From an uncultured Planctomycetaceae bacterium (lineage in GTDB: Bacteria; Planctomycetota; Planctomycetia; Pirellulales; PALSA-1355), in NCBI GenBank assembly GCA_963785305.1, contig CAWAUV010000008.1, forward strand, positions 704,001 to 768,000: a stretch of 64,000 nucleotides of DNA, given 5' to 3'. Made by a program: the position numbers and the translations under genes. Under the pieces are notes generated by a model. The model was given only the letters and a program-made list of their open reading frames with translations. It did no database searches and was not told where the DNA came from. Below are positions 1-9,973 of this stretch, one piece after another; the first letter of the stretch is position 1; each line of letters begins with the position of its first letter.

Positions 1-178
1 CGAGGAGACGTCGGCCCGCATTCATAAAGTGCTCGACGCGAAACTTTCGCTGCATAACCCATGAGCCCCCGGCGCGGGGCGGGATCGCCCGCGGAACCGC
101 TCGCGGATGTTGGCGAATCCGATCCGCGAGCTATACTTGCGCGTTCGCTCCAATATGTGGTTTCCAGGATGCCGCCCG

Positions 179-1291
179 ATGAATGATTGGAACAGCCTGA
201 AGCGGTGGTTCGTGCCCATGGCGGGCGTGTCGCTCACGGCGGCGTCGCTCTTATGGGCTCAGGATACCGGAAGAACGCCGCGCTCGGGATCGCGCGCTGT
301 TCGTTCCGCCGCCGCGCCGACCGCGAACCCGCCGGCGGCGATTGGGCCGGCGACCACCACTCCGGCAAAGGCCGCGCCGGCAAAAGCCGGGTCGGAGGCG
401 CCCGCCGGGGTCGATGCGGCCGTGGCTGAAATTCGCGCCACGGCCCAGGCCTATTTGAAAGCCATCCACGCGGCCGACTATCGGGCCGCCGCCGGGTTTT
501 GGAATCCGGCCGGCGACTATATCGATAGCGAGGGCGTCACGCACAATGTGCAGGCGCTGTTTGCCAAGCGGGTGGCCGAGCTCGACGCCAGCGCCAACGC
601 CATCGTGGAACAGCCACGCGCGACCGAGGAAAAGCCACGCGAAGCTGGAGACATTGCCCGAGCGGCGTCGGAACCGGTTCCCACGATCGGCGTGATTCGG
701 CTCATAACGCCAGACGTGGCGATCGAAGACGGTTCATGGCATCTCTCCCATGTGGCCGAGCGCCGGGCCCACATGCGATTCACCGCTGTTTGGACGCGGG
801 CCCAGGGCAAGTGGCGACTCGACAGCCTTCGGGAATCGATCGGCGCCAACGAATCGCCGGCCGAACGGCTCAAGGCGCTGGCGTGGCTCGTTGGCGAATG
901 GGAAGCGAGTGTCGGTTCGATGACGCTCCGCATGCGCTGCGAGTCGACCGACGAAGGCAACTTCTTGACGCGCGAACTCGAAGCCGGCCGGAATCCCGAT
1001 CGTCTGAAGCTCCTCGGCAGCCAACGCATTGGCTGGGACTCGAGCCGACATCAATTAAAGAGCTGGTTTTTCGAGGCCGATGGCGGGTCGGGCGAAGGAT
1101 ACTGGACCCACGCGGGCGATGTCTGGACCACGCGGGCAACCGTCACGCACCCGAACGGCGCCGTGGCTACCGCCGCGACGCGCTACACGCTGATCGATCC
1201 CGATCATATCCGCCTGGAGAGCACGGATATCCAGGCCGATGGCGAGAAGAAACGCGACATCACCCTCGACTTTCATCGCAAGCGTTCGTGA
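179..1291 (+). CDS. Secreted SgcJ/EcaC (DUF4440/SnoaL, NTF2-like) family protein
   Basis: Signal peptide and Ala/Pro linker. Motifs 'IRLITPDVAIEDG...FTAVWTRAQGKWRLDSLRE' and 'LAWLVGEW...QRIGWDSSRHQLKSWFFEADGG' are typical of planctomycete YybH/SgcJ-like proteins. Start uncertain. Confidence 0.75.
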   Translation: MNDWNSLKRWFVPMAGVSLTAASLLWAQDTGRTPRSGSRAVRSAAAPTANPPAAIGPATTTPAKAAPAKAGSEAPAGVDAAVAEIRATAQAYLKAIHAADYRAAAGFWNPAGDYIDSEGVTHNVQALFAKRVAELDASANAIVEQPRATEEKPREAGDIARAASEPVPTIGVIRLITPDVAIEDGSWHLSHVAERRAHMRFTAVWTRAQGKWRLDSLRESIGANESPAERLKALAWLVGEWEASVGSMTLRMRCESTDEGNFLTRELEAGRNPDRLKLLGSQRIGWDSSRHQLKSWFFEADGGSGEGYWTHAGDVWTTRATVTHPNGAVATAATRYTLIDPDHIRLESTDIQADGEKKRDITLDFHRKRS

Positions 1292-1321
1292 CGCATTTTG
1301 GACCGCGGGAGGAGAGCGATC

Positions 1322-2140
1322 ATGGCTTTTGTTGGAAACTCTTTGGCGTTGCGACCAGCCGCGCAATTTGTTTCGTTGGCGGGTCTCGTGGCATTGGGCG
1401 GTTTTGTGGCTCAAGCCGGCCTGGAGCGCATTCCCGGCGCCGTGGCCCGAGCCGCCGAGCCGCGCCCGTCGACCGCGCCCGGCAATACATTGGCCCCTTC
1501 GGCAAACGTCCCCGAAGAGGAACATCCGACCATTGCTCGCGAGCGAGCGCGGCTCGAAGCCGAAGCGCGGGAAAAGATTCTCAACAGTCAAGAATGGCGC
1601 GAGGTGGAGCGGGCCTGGCAGCAATGGCTCAGCGTGCAACAGATTTACGACAAAAACGACGTGGCTCGGCTCAAGAACGAGTTTCATCGCCGCATCGCCG
1701 CGATGGATTCGCGACAGCTTGCCGATTTTCTGGAAGATATGCGCGACAAGATACAGGTGCTGCTCAGCCCCGAGGCGCAAAAGGCGCGGGTCTGGCTGGG
1801 CCAGTATCTGGCGGTGCATGCGGTGATTCCGAAAGAGCAATTCAAGAAGATGGTTCCTGACGTGGCGCACATGACCAGCGAGCAGATCGAAGAATCGCTC
1901 CAGGTCTGGGAAGCGCGGCAAGCGTCGGTCCGCCAAACTCAGGCGGCATTTGACGAAGGCCGCAAGCAACAAGTGGCGAATATCCTGGCCACCGAACAGC
2001 GCAACGCCGAAGCGCAAGAGCGAGCGCTCGACCGCGCTTCGCAAGACATGAACCGCTTCGCGCCCGCCGCCACCGGGCCGGGCATTCCCTATTCGCCGCC
2101 CGCGCCGCCGCAAATGAACTATTCGTTCATTCTTTGGTGA
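1322..2140 (+). CDS. Hypothetical exported alpha-helical protein
   Basis: Long ORF with an N-terminal hydrophobic segment, co-oriented and closely spaced after the previous gene. Confidence 0.65.
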   Translation: MAFVGNSLALRPAAQFVSLAGLVALGGFVAQAGLERIPGAVARAAEPRPSTAPGNTLAPSANVPEEEHPTIARERARLEAEAREKILNSQEWREVERAWQQWLSVQQIYDKNDVARLKNEFHRRIAAMDSRQLADFLEDMRDKIQVLLSPEAQKARVWLGQYLAVHAVIPKEQFKKMVPDVAHMTSEQIEESLQVWEARQASVRQTQAAFDEGRKQQVANILATEQRNAEAQERALDRASQDMNRFAPAATGPGIPYSPPAPPQMNYSFILW

Positions 2141-2151
2141 AATCGCGGCCG

Positions 2152-2216
2152 CTCATGGCTCGGCGCCTCGCGAGCCGGTGTCAACTCATGGCTCGGCGCC
2201 TCGCGAGCCGGTGTCA
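2152..2216. repeat. Tandem 33-bp repeat (2 copies), each with a GGCTCG...CGAGCC hairpin
   Basis: ctcatggctcggcgcctcgcgagccggtgtca at 2152-2183 and 2185-2216, between convergent genes. Confidence 0.85.
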
Positions 2217-3371
2217 GCTCGTGGCCGGTTGAGTCAGTTCGTCGGCGTCGAGCGGCGGCAGACCATAGCATGCGTCGAGCTCTTCCGGCATGAATACTTC
2301 GTCGGGCTCGGTGGCCTCCACTTCGCGCCGCACGCGCGAAATACACGGCGGTCGACCCATTCCATAGGTAGCCGAAGAGAAACGCCATCGGCGTCGAGAC
2401 GAGCAGCGCGTTCCAAAACTTAATGAGGCCCGCGCCGGCGGAGGCCATCGGCCAGAGTCCCTCCGAGAGGATCAGGTCCCGAGGATCATTGCCCAGGCCC
2501 CAGCTCACCGCCCAGTGGCTTAGGAGCACCAGGGCGCCGACGAACAGGTTCACCAGCAGCCACCCGGCCACGCCCACGACCGCGGCCTCGGCGGCGAAGA
2601 TCGCGTAGTAGAACGGCCGGTGAAACACATAAGTAAATGCGCGGCTGATCGCTTCGAACGCATCGGCGCCCTCGGCTCCGACGGCGGCCCAGATCAACGG
2701 CCAGCCAAAGGCGAGTCCCAACGCCAAGACCGCCAGCATCGCGCCGCCGACGATGACCAGCGGCCAGACGATGCCCGCCGCGAGCATGCCGAAGTTGAAT
2801 CGCATCATCCAGCCGACCACGGCGAGCGGCGCCGCGAAAAGCGCGAGGCACAGCAGCGTGCTGAGCGGCGCCCCCACGATTGAAATCCAGTGCCGGCCCA
2901 CGAAGCGGAGTGTCGGCTTCCAGGTGCGCGTTCTTGGCGAGCGATGCCGATCGCCGCCGAACGGGTGAGTATTCCACCCAAGAGGCTCCATACTCCAATC
3001 ACCCAGAGGCCACAAAGGCCGAGATAGCAAAATTGCCACGAGGAAACACTGGGGTCGACCGCCAGCACGAATGGCAGGCTCAACCGCGACCATGCCGCCA
3101 GCAGCGTGTGCTCGGCCAACCACTGGCCTAGCGGCTGGCCCGGAGCTCCGCCCTGCCAGGGCCATGCGGTTTCCGCCAGATTGAACGGCGAAGAGTTCGG
3201 AATATCGAACAATTCGGCGCATCCGACCCAGCCAAACAGCGTGAGCCACACCCCAAGAATGGAGAGACCCACGGAGCGGACGCCCAGCGCCAAACGCAGC
3301 GCTCGCAGAAACATAACCAGGGGAAAGAGCCGTTCGACCTCGGTCCCGTGTTCGAGTTTCTCGTTGCTCAT
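2214..3371 (-). CDS. Polytopic membrane protein, split by 2 apparent frameshifts
   Basis: ORFs 2805-3371 and 2119-3249 join into one membrane protein. The C-terminus 'EVEATEPDEVFMPEELDACYGLPPL...' lies in a third frame ending at TGA 2214. Confidence 0.65.
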
Positions 3372-4165
3372 GCCGTATTTTCGTCCGAAAAGGTGAAGAA
3401 TGAAATCTCGCGGGATGAGAACGGTTGCGATCGAATTATAATTCTCCCCCGACCGGTCACAAGCGCCGACCGGCGAGGCGCTAACGCGATGGCCGATTTC
3501 GCGCTGCCCTCGGCCCGTTCCATCGGATGCTTGCCCGAAATTCTTTTTAATGCGGAATGGACGAATTGGGCTCCCGGGGTAGGTCGCGGGCGATTGGCTC
3601 GCCCCGCGGCGCCATCGGGTGGCAGGAGCCGTCGGTGATATCAGAGTGATGACATGTGTCGCGGAACTCGACGCGGGCGCGCCATCGTCTTTGCAACATT
3701 TTCTTCCGAGACCGCCGGCCGAGCGACGGGGTTGTTTGCTGGGCGGTCCTGGAAACGCGATCTCGTTTGGGAACGGCTAAGAGTCGAATTCTTGAAGAAT
3801 TTACAAGGCCAGAAGCGGTGACGGGAAGTCATCGGGGCGCCGGTTGGGCCTGTCAAACGGTCTGTGCGCACGGCATGTTCGGTTTAAATCCCCCAGGGAG
3901 CCGAAGCCCGAATATCCGCGACGAGCGGTTTTTTCAGGATAAACGGCGCTTCCGAGCCGACCGTCGAGGATTAAACGCAACTTGTCGGCTGGTTTATATT
4001 ACGGGCAATTAACCACAATGGTCGACGCTTGATTCAGTAGCTCGCGGCGCCAAGAGTATCGAATGGCGCCGGCCGGAATCTTACCCGCTAGAGCAGCGTC
4101 ATGGGCCGCCGCTCGCGGGGGGAGCGACGACCCGTGTTTGGGACATTCGCGGTCGATGTGGTTAG

Positions 4166-4182
4166 CCGGCATACGAATTGCA
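4166..4182 (+). promoter_or_regulatory. Candidate sigma54 (-24/-12) promoter
   Basis: CCGGCATACGAATTGCA has GG-N10-GC spacing, lies ~55 bp upstream of ATG 4237 and follows a long non-coding region. Confidence 0.45.
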
Positions 4183-4236
4183 CATGACCGATATAAGTTT
4201 TCCGATTCTTCATGGCGGCTGTTATTCTGAAAGTTT

Positions 4237-4395
4237 ATGAGCAGACTTCGCATTCATTGTCCGTGCTGTGTTCGGCCTCGCACGCAGCGGAGCGACTACC
4301 GAGGACTCGAATGGCTCTGGCTATTCGTGTTCCGGCGCCCTTACAATTGCCGCGACTGTGGTTTCCGCTTTATCGCCTCGCCGTTCAAGGATTGA
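4237..4395 (+). CDS. 52-aa Zn-ribbon microprotein (CxxC...CxxC), absent from the ORF track
   Basis: Translated by hand: MSRLRIHCPCCVRPRTQRSDYRGLEWLWLFVFRRPYNCRDCGFRFIASPFKD*. Confidence 0.7.
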   Translation: MSRLRIHCPCCVRPRTQRSDYRGLEWLWLFVFRRPYNCRDCGFRFIASPFKD

Positions 4396-4629
4396 CCCGC
4401 CTCGCCAGAAAACGCCCCGCCCGGGCTGATCGACCAACGGCGCCTCGGCGCCCTCGCCGGCTGGCGCCCCCCAGCAAACTCGGTTCGCGCGAATCGACTT
4501 GTCGCGTGCTGGCGGCCTCCAAGGTCGTTTGCCCGGCGATAGGCGCCAACCCGGTGGGTGACGTCGCCGGGCTCCGCGGAAACCAACCTGATGAACTTGT
4601 TCGTCGCGACCCCGAATCCGCTTTAGGAA

Positions 4630-7554
4630 GTGAAAAAAACGCCCATGACCCTGGCGCTGCCCGCTAAAATCGCCGATCTGATGGGCTCCGACCGCCTCCA
4701 AGGCCGCGAGGTCCTGCTTGCCACGACAACCGACGTCGACGATGGCGGCGTGGCCGGCGAAGTTTGGCTGCTGGTCACCGACCATGAGCTCGCCACGATC
4801 GACTGGAACGACTCCACCGGCGGCCGGGGACGCGTGCTCCGCGCGATTCCGCTGGCCTCGATCACCGGGTACCGGGTGCAGTCGGAGGTGGGTTGCGGTT
4901 ATTTGCAGGCCCGGCAGAGTAGCGTCTGGTTCGATATTCTTCGCTTCACCAACCGGCTCACGCCGCACTTCGTCGAGGTGGCTCAAAAGCTCGAACGACT
5001 GCGATTGCGAAATGAGATCGTGGCCGAGCCCGAGGCATCTGTCGCGGCGCCGTCGGGCGATTGTCCGCTGGGCGGGGCCGCCGATTGCGCCGGTTGTGGC
5101 CAGCGTCCGGTGTCGGCTGGCAACTTGTGTTCGACCTGTGCGCCGCGAGCCGGAGTGTGGAGGCGAATCTTGCCGATGCTGCGTCCACATGCAGGCAAAG
5201 CCGCCTGGATCGGCGCCTTGTCGTTGGTGGCCGTGGCGGTCGAATGCTTGCCGCCGATGTTGCAAAAATATTTGGTCGACAATCTGCTCAGCCAGGGTAA
5301 CGGGGCGCACAAGGTCAAGATCGAGCTCGGCGGCGCCCTGATGGTGCTCGGCGTCATCGTCGGGAGCTTGGCCCTGGCCCGGGCAATCGCGGTGGGCCTC
5401 GCGATCTGGAAAGCGAAGCTTTCGAGCGAGGTCGGCGCCCGGCTTACGGCCGATTTGCGCACCCAGATGGTCGATAAATTGCAGCGTCTCTCGGTTTCTT
5501 ACCACGACCAGCATCAAGTCGGCGTGTTGATGAGCCGCGTGTCGTACGACACCGAGGCCATGCACACGCTCATGCATCAGATTTCCGGCGGCTTCTTGCT
5601 GCAAGTGCTCCAGCTTGTGGGCATTGGCGTGATGCTGTTCGTGCTCAATCCCAAGCTGGCGTTCTTCACCCTATTGCCGATGCCGCTCGTGGCGCTCGCG
5701 AATAGCTACTTTCTCAGGCACCTGCATCCGCGATACAACCGCTACTGGGAGGCTGTCGCCCGGCAGGCCGGCGCCTTGAGCAGCATGCTGTCGGGGATTC
5801 GGGTCGTGAAGACCTTTACCCAAGAGGCGCGAGAAAAAGAGCGGTTTCGCGAATCGAGCGAGCGGCTCCGCGAGAGCCGCGTGAGCGTCGATCTCGTCAC
5901 CTCGTCGTTCTCCTCGTTCGTCGGGTTTTTGTTCGGGCTAGGAGGATTGGTTGTGTGGTATGTCGGCGGCTTCGACGTGCTCACGGGCCAAATGACCCTC
6001 GGCTCGCTGATGGCCTTCTTGGCCTACTTGGCCATGTTCTACGCCCCGCTGACCACGATCACCGAAAGCATCACTTGGTTTAGCGGCTTTCTGACCGCCA
6101 GCCGGCGAATCTTCGAACTACTCGACACGCCGGTTCGGGTCGATGAGCCCACGCATCCGCAGTCGATCGCCGACTTCGCCGGCCGCATTCGTTTCGACAA
6201 TGTGCGATTCTCCTACGGCGACAACAAGCCTGGCCTCGAGGACATCAACTTCGAGGTGCGCCCCGGCCAGTCGATCGGCATTGTGGGTCCGAGCGGCTCC
6301 GGCAAGACCACGCTCGCCTGCTTGATCAGCCGACTCTACGATGTGAGTGGCGGCAGCATCACGCTCGACGGCATCGATGTTCGTAAGATCAGCAGCCGCG
6401 AGCTGCGCCGCCGGGTGGGCATGGTATTGCAAGACTCCTTCTTGTTCGAGGGCACCATCGCCGCGAACATCGTGTATGGAAATCCCGACTCGCTGCCCGA
6501 CAAGATCATCGCCGCCGCCAAGGCCGCCAGTGCCCATGAATTCATCATGCGCCAGCCGTTTGGCTATGAATCGCTGATCGGCGAGCGTGGCTCGGGCCTT
6601 TCGGGCGGCGAACGGCAGCGGCTGTCGATTGCCCGGGCCATTTTGTATGAACCGCAGATTCTGATTCTCGACGAAGCGACGAGCAGCGTCGACACCGAGT
6701 CGGAAAGGATGATCCAAGAAGCGGTCGACCGATTTTCGAAAGGCCGCACGACGCTCACGATCGCGCATCGCCTCTCGACGCTCAAAAACGCCGATCAACT
6801 CTTGGTGCTCGATCGCGGCCGGCTCGTCGAGCATGGGACTCACGACGAATTGCTCGCCAATCGCGGTCTGTATTCGCGGCTTGTGCGCATGCAACATGGC
6901 AAGGAGGCGGCCCAGCTCGCGGCCGCGCGGCTCGGACAAAAAACCGCGAGTGGTGATTCGCCCGCGAGCCCTGCTGGCGAGGCGCTGGCCGCGGACCACG
7001 CCGCCGAAGCCCGGGCGCAAGAGCACGAGTCATCGGCCCCGAGCCCCTGGCTGACGCGTTGGCTCGACCCGTCGGAAATGCGCGTGACGGCCGGCGAGCA
7101 TGGCGTGCTTACGGTCGAGCTCGATGGCCACACGCTGTACGGCGTTTCCGCGGCGCGGGCTTTTCCGGCCACGCATTCCGATGAATATCTGAGCGTGCGT
7201 CATGTCGATGTCCAGAATCGCGATTACGAAGTGGGCATGATTCGCAGCCTCGGCGAATGGCCGGCCGAGGCGCAAGAACTGATTCGCCGTTCGCTCAATC
7301 GCCGGCATTTGCTCCGAATGTTGACCGGCATCAGCTCGATGCGCGCGAGCAAGGGCGCCCTTTCGTGCGTCGCCCAGACCGACGCGGGCGAAATCGCGTT
7401 TACGCTCTCGGCCGGTCCGGAGAGCATCAAGAAGTTTGGCCCGCGCGGGCGATTGCTGATCGACGTCGACGGGAATCACTACTTGATCGCCGACCTGAAT
7501 CTGCTTCCTCCCAGCCGCCGCCGCCAACTGCAACTCCAGTTCGCCGACTTCTAA
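4630..7554 (+). CDS. ABC exporter (TMD+NBD) with N-terminal Cys-rich region and C-terminal DUF1854
   Basis: Walker A GPSGSGKT, signature LSGGERQR, Walker B ILILDEAT, H-loop IAHRLS. C-terminal 'RAFPATHSDEYLSV...LLIDVDGNHYLIADL' resembles DUF1854. CxxC motifs precede the TMD. Confidence 0.9.
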   Translation: MKKTPMTLALPAKIADLMGSDRLQGREVLLATTTDVDDGGVAGEVWLLVTDHELATIDWNDSTGGRGRVLRAIPLASITGYRVQSEVGCGYLQARQSSVWFDILRFTNRLTPHFVEVAQKLERLRLRNEIVAEPEASVAAPSGDCPLGGAADCAGCGQRPVSAGNLCSTCAPRAGVWRRILPMLRPHAGKAAWIGALSLVAVAVECLPPMLQKYLVDNLLSQGNGAHKVKIELGGALMVLGVIVGSLALARAIAVGLAIWKAKLSSEVGARLTADLRTQMVDKLQRLSVSYHDQHQVGVLMSRVSYDTEAMHTLMHQISGGFLLQVLQLVGIGVMLFVLNPKLAFFTLLPMPLVALANSYFLRHLHPRYNRYWEAVARQAGALSSMLSGIRVVKTFTQEAREKERFRESSERLRESRVSVDLVTSSFSSFVGFLFGLGGLVVWYVGGFDVLTGQMTLGSLMAFLAYLAMFYAPLTTITESITWFSGFLTASRRIFELLDTPVRVDEPTHPQSIADFAGRIRFDNVRFSYGDNKPGLEDINFEVRPGQSIGIVGPSGSGKTTLACLISRLYDVSGGSITLDGIDVRKISSRELRRRVGMVLQDSFLFEGTIAANIVYGNPDSLPDKIIAAAKAASAHEFIMRQPFGYESLIGERGSGLSGGERQRLSIARAILYEPQILILDEATSSVDTESERMIQEAVDRFSKGRTTLTIAHRLSTLKNADQLLVLDRGRLVEHGTHDELLANRGLYSRLVRMQHGKEAAQLAAARLGQKTASGDSPASPAGEALAADHAAEARAQEHESSAPSPWLTRWLDPSEMRVTAGEHGVLTVELDGHTLYGVSAARAFPATHSDEYLSVRHVDVQNRDYEVGMIRSLGEWPAEAQELIRRSLNRRHLLRMLTGISSMRASKGALSCVAQTDAGEIAFTLSAGPESIKKFGPRGRLLIDVDGNHYLIADLNLLPPSRRRQLQLQFADF

Positions 7555-7838
7555 ACCGCCCGCTTCGCGATCACCCCCCCGCGCTAGGGTCATCGCGCGG
7601 ATTATCGCCGCGTTTCTTGTCTTCGCGCGCTCCGCTTCGCTTCGTCTTTGCCCCTGCCTCTATTTCCCCCGCCTAAATCCGCGGATTTCGGATGCGGTAT
7701 GTAGCGTCTTGCAACTTTCCGTAATCTTTGCAAACTTCAGCGGTTTGGGAGCGTCGAGACGGGCGGAATCGGGTACAATGATCCCTTGATACTTGCGTGT
7801 GTCGCCCGCGTGTTCCTCCCTTTAGCCGGAGCGTCGTC

Positions 7839-8168
7839 ATGGAAACTCAAAAAGCCATCGAAATCATTCAGGGTCGCGAGCATGTCGGTCGCTTGGTGAA
7901 TAGCCTTTTTCCCTGGAAAAACGAGGGTCTGCCAAAAGGCATCACCGCGATGCGCAAGAAAGTGTCGGAGGGAAATAAACAATTTGCCGAGAATGGCTGG
8001 GACGGCATGTGCGCCGCATTCGCATCGCCGCGACTGCGGAAGCGGGCGTTGACTTATATGTGCGTCGACGCCTCGATCAGTCCGACCGAAGCCATCGCGA
8101 TCGTGCAATACGAAATCTATCGCGAGCACATTAAGGGCGAAGAGCCGACCGAACTCGCGTCGCGCTAG
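7839..8168 (+). CDS. Hypothetical protein
   Basis: Protein-like composition (METQKAIEIIQG...), with GGAG upstream. Confidence 0.6.
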   Translation: METQKAIEIIQGREHVGRLVNSLFPWKNEGLPKGITAMRKKVSEGNKQFAENGWDGMCAAFASPRLRKRALTYMCVDASISPTEAIAIVQYEIYREHIKGEEPTELASR

Positions 8169-8328
8169 GCGCCGCATGTTTTCGATGAAATCGGGCGGCC
8201 AAGCGTCTGCATCGCGACGGTTTTTTTCGAAAACCGGAGCAATTCGCGAGCGCCTCGCGTTTTCTTCTCGCCAGCGCCTGCCCCAAGCATATTTCCGAAA
8301 GACGATTCACCCCAGGAAAGTAGTCTGC

Positions 8329-8619
8329 ATGGCACAACGCAACCGATTCAATGCCGAACGCAAGAGTAGAACCGCCCCGCCGCCGCCGCGCAAGACCCCG
8401 CCCGAGGCGATGGTCAAGAAGCCGGTGATCGAATACGGCAAGCCATTTGTTCTGCTGGAAGACAGCAAGAAGAACACTTTTGGCTACGAGGGCGGCGCAT
8501 GGACTCCCTACGCGATGACGATCGCCCAGTGCCGGCTCAACGATTTTCAGGTCAAGCAGCTCGCGCAAAAGGTCAACAACATGACCCGCTACGAAGTGCG
8601 AACCCCGCTTCCGAACTAG
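8329..8619 (+). CDS. Small hypothetical protein
   Basis: AGGA RBS and typical coding bias (MAQRNRFNAERK...RYEVRTPLPN). Confidence 0.7.
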   Translation: MAQRNRFNAERKSRTAPPPPRKTPPEAMVKKPVIEYGKPFVLLEDSKKNTFGYEGGAWTPYAMTIAQCRLNDFQVKQLAQKVNNMTRYEVRTPLPN

Positions 8620-8788
8620 CCGACGCCGCGCCTCGCGGGATGATCTCATGACGGCCCGCGCGTTCTCGAACCGACTCGCGGGCCTTATGTTTCCCTGCGA
8701 TTCAATCGGGACAGCAAATGCTCTCATTGTCCGCGCGAGCTGAATTCGCTTGCCAGATGATCGTTTGCGATACGCGCCAAGCGGCCCA

Positions 8789-9940
8789 TCAAGAGCCCCA
8801 TTCCGGCGATGGCGCCGCGCCCTCGAGAAACGTGAAATATTCGGCAAGCGGTCCGGATTTCAAGGCGGCAAGCGTCGTCGAGCAGACCGCGACTCGCTTG
8901 CCGCGGAGAAACTGATGCCCGCGGTCGTCGGTCACCATTTGGAACGGTCCACGGTATACGGCGGTCGCCGCGACCGGTGACTGCTCGACGACCGGCTTGC
9001 GGCCCAATGCCTTGAACTGGCGCAGCTCGACTCCATCGACCGTGAAACAAGCAGACGCCGCCAGCATCGTCAGTTGCACGTCGATCCATCCCGCGGCGGC
9101 CAGAGTCTCGGCTGGCCAATCCTCGAGGGGAACGTGCGAAACCAAGGCTGCCGGCCCGGGCAGCGCCGGCGGCTTCTCCAAAGGCCGATCGGCCACGAGG
9201 CCATGGGCCAAGATCGTTCCGCCCGGCCGCAAAACGCGCAGCGCTTCGGCCAGGAACCGCGCCAACGGAGCCGGCTCATGGAGTCGATTGAACGTGCCCT
9301 GCAGGTACACTTCATCGATCGAGTCGTCGGACAAATCCAAACGCTCGGGCAAGGGCTGCGCAAGATTGTGAAGCCACGTCGCTGCCGTGGGCTTCACGGG
9401 ACGCGACGCCGATAGGCTGACAAGGGCCTCGCTCGCGGCAGGCGCGCAGGCCATCGACGCCGGGTGACAGGTCGCGATGCCCTCGGCCGATTCCGATTCG
9501 TGATGCCGGCTGGTTTGATCGACATTGTCGTCGTGCAGGATATAAAGTTCCCACAGCGTGCCATCGGGATCGTTGACCCAAAACTTCGTCTGCCGGGAAT
9601 AGCAACACACGACTCCCTCTTCGCGCTGGGTCGCGTAGCCGGCCGTCTCCAGCCGGGCCTGGGCTTCGACAAGCCGTTTGGCGTCGATCAGACGGAGGCC
9701 GACATGGTTCAGCGCGCCCGCGCCGGAATGCGCCACCGGCATGAGCGACAACACCAGCGGCGGTTCATCGATCTCGAACTTAGCGTAATCGCCGCGCGCC
9801 TTCGCGGGCGCCACGCCAAACAAGGCGCGATAAAACGCCATGGCCCGCGAAAGGCTGCCGACATTCAACGACAAGTGAAAACGCACCAGCGTTTCCGAGG
9901 CGCCGGCGTCGCGAACGGATGCGGGGGAGACAGTCGCCAT
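8789..9940 (-). CDS. ArsI/CadI-family VOC metalloenzyme fused to an ArsM/methyltransferase-like C-terminal region
   Basis: 'RFHLSLNV...YAKF...LNHVGLR...CCYSRQTKFWVNDPDG..WELY' is ArsI/CadI-like with a vicinal Cys pair. 'EALRVLRPGG' and 'YRGPF..VTDDRGH.F.RGKRVAVC' are methyltransferase-like. Confidence 0.8.
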   Translation of the reverse strand: MATVSPASVRDAGASETLVRFHLSLNVGSLSRAMAFYRALFGVAPAKARGDYAKFEIDEPPLVLSLMPVAHSGAGALNHVGLRLIDAKRLVEAQARLETAGYATQREEGVVCCYSRQTKFWVNDPDGTLWELYILHDDNVDQTSRHHESESAEGIATCHPASMACAPAASEALVSLSASRPVKPTAATWLHNLAQPLPERLDLSDDSIDEVYLQGTFNRLHEPAPLARFLAEALRVLRPGGTILAHGLVADRPLEKPPALPGPAALVSHVPLEDWPAETLAAAGWIDVQLTMLAASACFTVDGVELRQFKALGRKPVVEQSPVAATAVYRGPFQMVTDDRGHQFLRGKRVAVCSTTLAALKSGPLAEYFTFLEGAAPSPEWGS

Positions 9941-9973
9941 GGGTTAATTTCCTCGGGTCTTGGTTTGTGAAGG

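Noticed and set aside
2152..2216. CRISPR array
   Set aside because: Two directly adjacent repeats with no spacers and no cas genes in the window.
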